Made by a program: the position numbers and the translations under genes. A stretch of DNA of 63,953 bases, counting the filler, from Chiloscyllium plagiosum (lineage: Eukaryota), in assembly GCF_004010195.1 (NCBI RefSeq). It is 3 parts of one record of this genome, joined end to end, with 100 filler letters (N's around TTAATTAATTAA, not from the genome) between each part and the next. Parts side by side here need not be neighbours in the genome. Positions count along the whole stretch, not along the records: positions 49,550 to 63,953 come from NC_057713.1; 2 more parts are not named here. One strand, 5' to 3'. Below the pieces are notes generated by a model. That model was not told the DNA's origin. It did not search any database and saw nothing but the letters and a program-made list of their open reading frames with translations. Of this stretch, positions 62,811 through 63,953 are shown piece after piece. The stretch's first letter is position 1. The number at the start of each line of letters is the position of its first letter.

Positions 62811-63499
62811 GAAATACTAAAGACCAAATAGGCTAAAGATTCTTTCAAGGTTTTGTATAAAAAATGTCGTTAAGTAGCTTTAAAAACAATCTTAAAATTG
62901 TATAGAGGTGAAATTAATTCTTTATTGTTGAAAACTCTGAACCAGTTACAAATCCAGTTAAATTAACACTGAACTTCTTGTCATGGAGAGTTATGAAATA
63001 ATTCAGGGCCAAAAATGTAATCAGACTAGCCAAATGGGAGATACAATTCTCTAGGAAAAAGCAAGATTCCAGGAAAAAATTTTGAATAGACTTTTTAAAA
63101 GTCCTCCGGAATGGTTAATGTATACTTAATCAAAAAATGGATATGAATCCAGAAATGTCCAGGATCAGCTATACATGCCCGCTGAAGATTCCAATCTCTA
63201 CCTCCCCACCAGCTCTACCTCTCCACCCTATGGACAGACAAGTGTGGATGACATTCAGTCTTAGAAAAGTTAAATATTCCTCCAGTTAAACACTCTTACC
63301 TTCCTACAATGAACTCCATGTCATTTGCCACTGATCCCATCCCTCTCCCTGGCTACATCTCCAAATGACCGAGGTTTGATTCTCAGGATCCTATTGACCA
63401 TCACCCCATCCCATTCACACACCCCTCCAAACCCCCCAACTTCTACTTCCATCAAAAGTGCTATATTAAGGTAACTAGTAACTAGTTGTCAACAGAAAT

Positions 63500-63740
63500 G
63501 TCAGATGTGCAGTCTTTTAAAAGAGATGTCAAAACCAGAGCCCATCAGCCTGCTAAAGTATATGCAAAGGAACTCATAGCACTATTCTATGAGGAGCCTT
63601 ATCAAATATTTATCCAGCAATGAACAATGGAAGATAAATTCATCCAGTTCTTATAATACAGCTGTTTGTGGGAGCTAGCTGAGAACAAATTGAGTCTGCC
63701 ATTCATACAACACTTCAAGAGTCCTTGGTTGACTGTAATA
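63500..63740 (+). mobile_element. diverged DeuSINE-type SINE
   Basis: gagatgtcaaaaccagagcccatc...aatatttatcc...gctgtttgtgggagctagctg. Confidence 0.55.
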
Positions 63741-63743
63741 CAG

Positions 63744-63953
63744 ATTCTGGATTAGTCGTGCTGGAAGAGCACAGCAGTTCAGGCAGCATCCAAGGAGCAG
63801 CGAAATCAACGTTTCGGGCAAAAGCCCTTCATCAGGAATAAAGGCAGAGAGCCTGAAGCGTGGAGAGATAAGCTAGAGGAGGATGGGGGTGGGGAGAAAG
63901 TAGCATAGAGTACAATAGGTGAGTGGGGGAGGGGATGAAGGTGATAGGTCAGG
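63744..63953 (-). mobile_element. young PLE terminus with intact hammerhead core (63806-63837), running off the window
   Basis: Minus strand TC-CTGATGA-A-GGGC-tttt-GCCC-GAAAC-GTT-GA. Confidence 0.88.

Overview
Eukaryotic genomic DNA, almost certainly from a shark or ray, inferred from HE1-type SINEs and CR1/HER1-type LINEs. It is very repeat-rich and has three assembly gaps; two of them are artificial 44N-TTAATTAATTAA-44N linkers. Two spliced genes can be rebuilt by eye, and both are incomplete. (1) On the + strand, 26.3-43.7 kb, a FACIT-type collagen: TSPN/laminin-G domain, a Cys-rich linker, then eight 54-bp Gly-X-Y exons. It does not match any single canonical FACIT paralog and its triple helix is rich in Tyr/Phe. 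(2) On the - strand, exons 2 and 3 of CTDP1 (FCP1 phosphatase) at 58.2 and 50.3 kb. The two genes converge on the linker gap at 49.45 kb. The rest is nested transposable elements: CR1 LINEs, HE1 and Deu-type SINEs, two lineages of Penelope-like elements (PLEs), Tx1 LINE 3' ends, solo LTRs, a Gypsy integrase relic and Tigger-like MITEs. Most notable observations: about a dozen minimal hammerhead-ribozyme cores at PLE ends, one with a compensatory U3-A8 core; fold-back mini-elements built from these ends; and two Tx1 copies that end at the same 14-bp target. All family assignments come from recognising motifs by eye, not from database searches.
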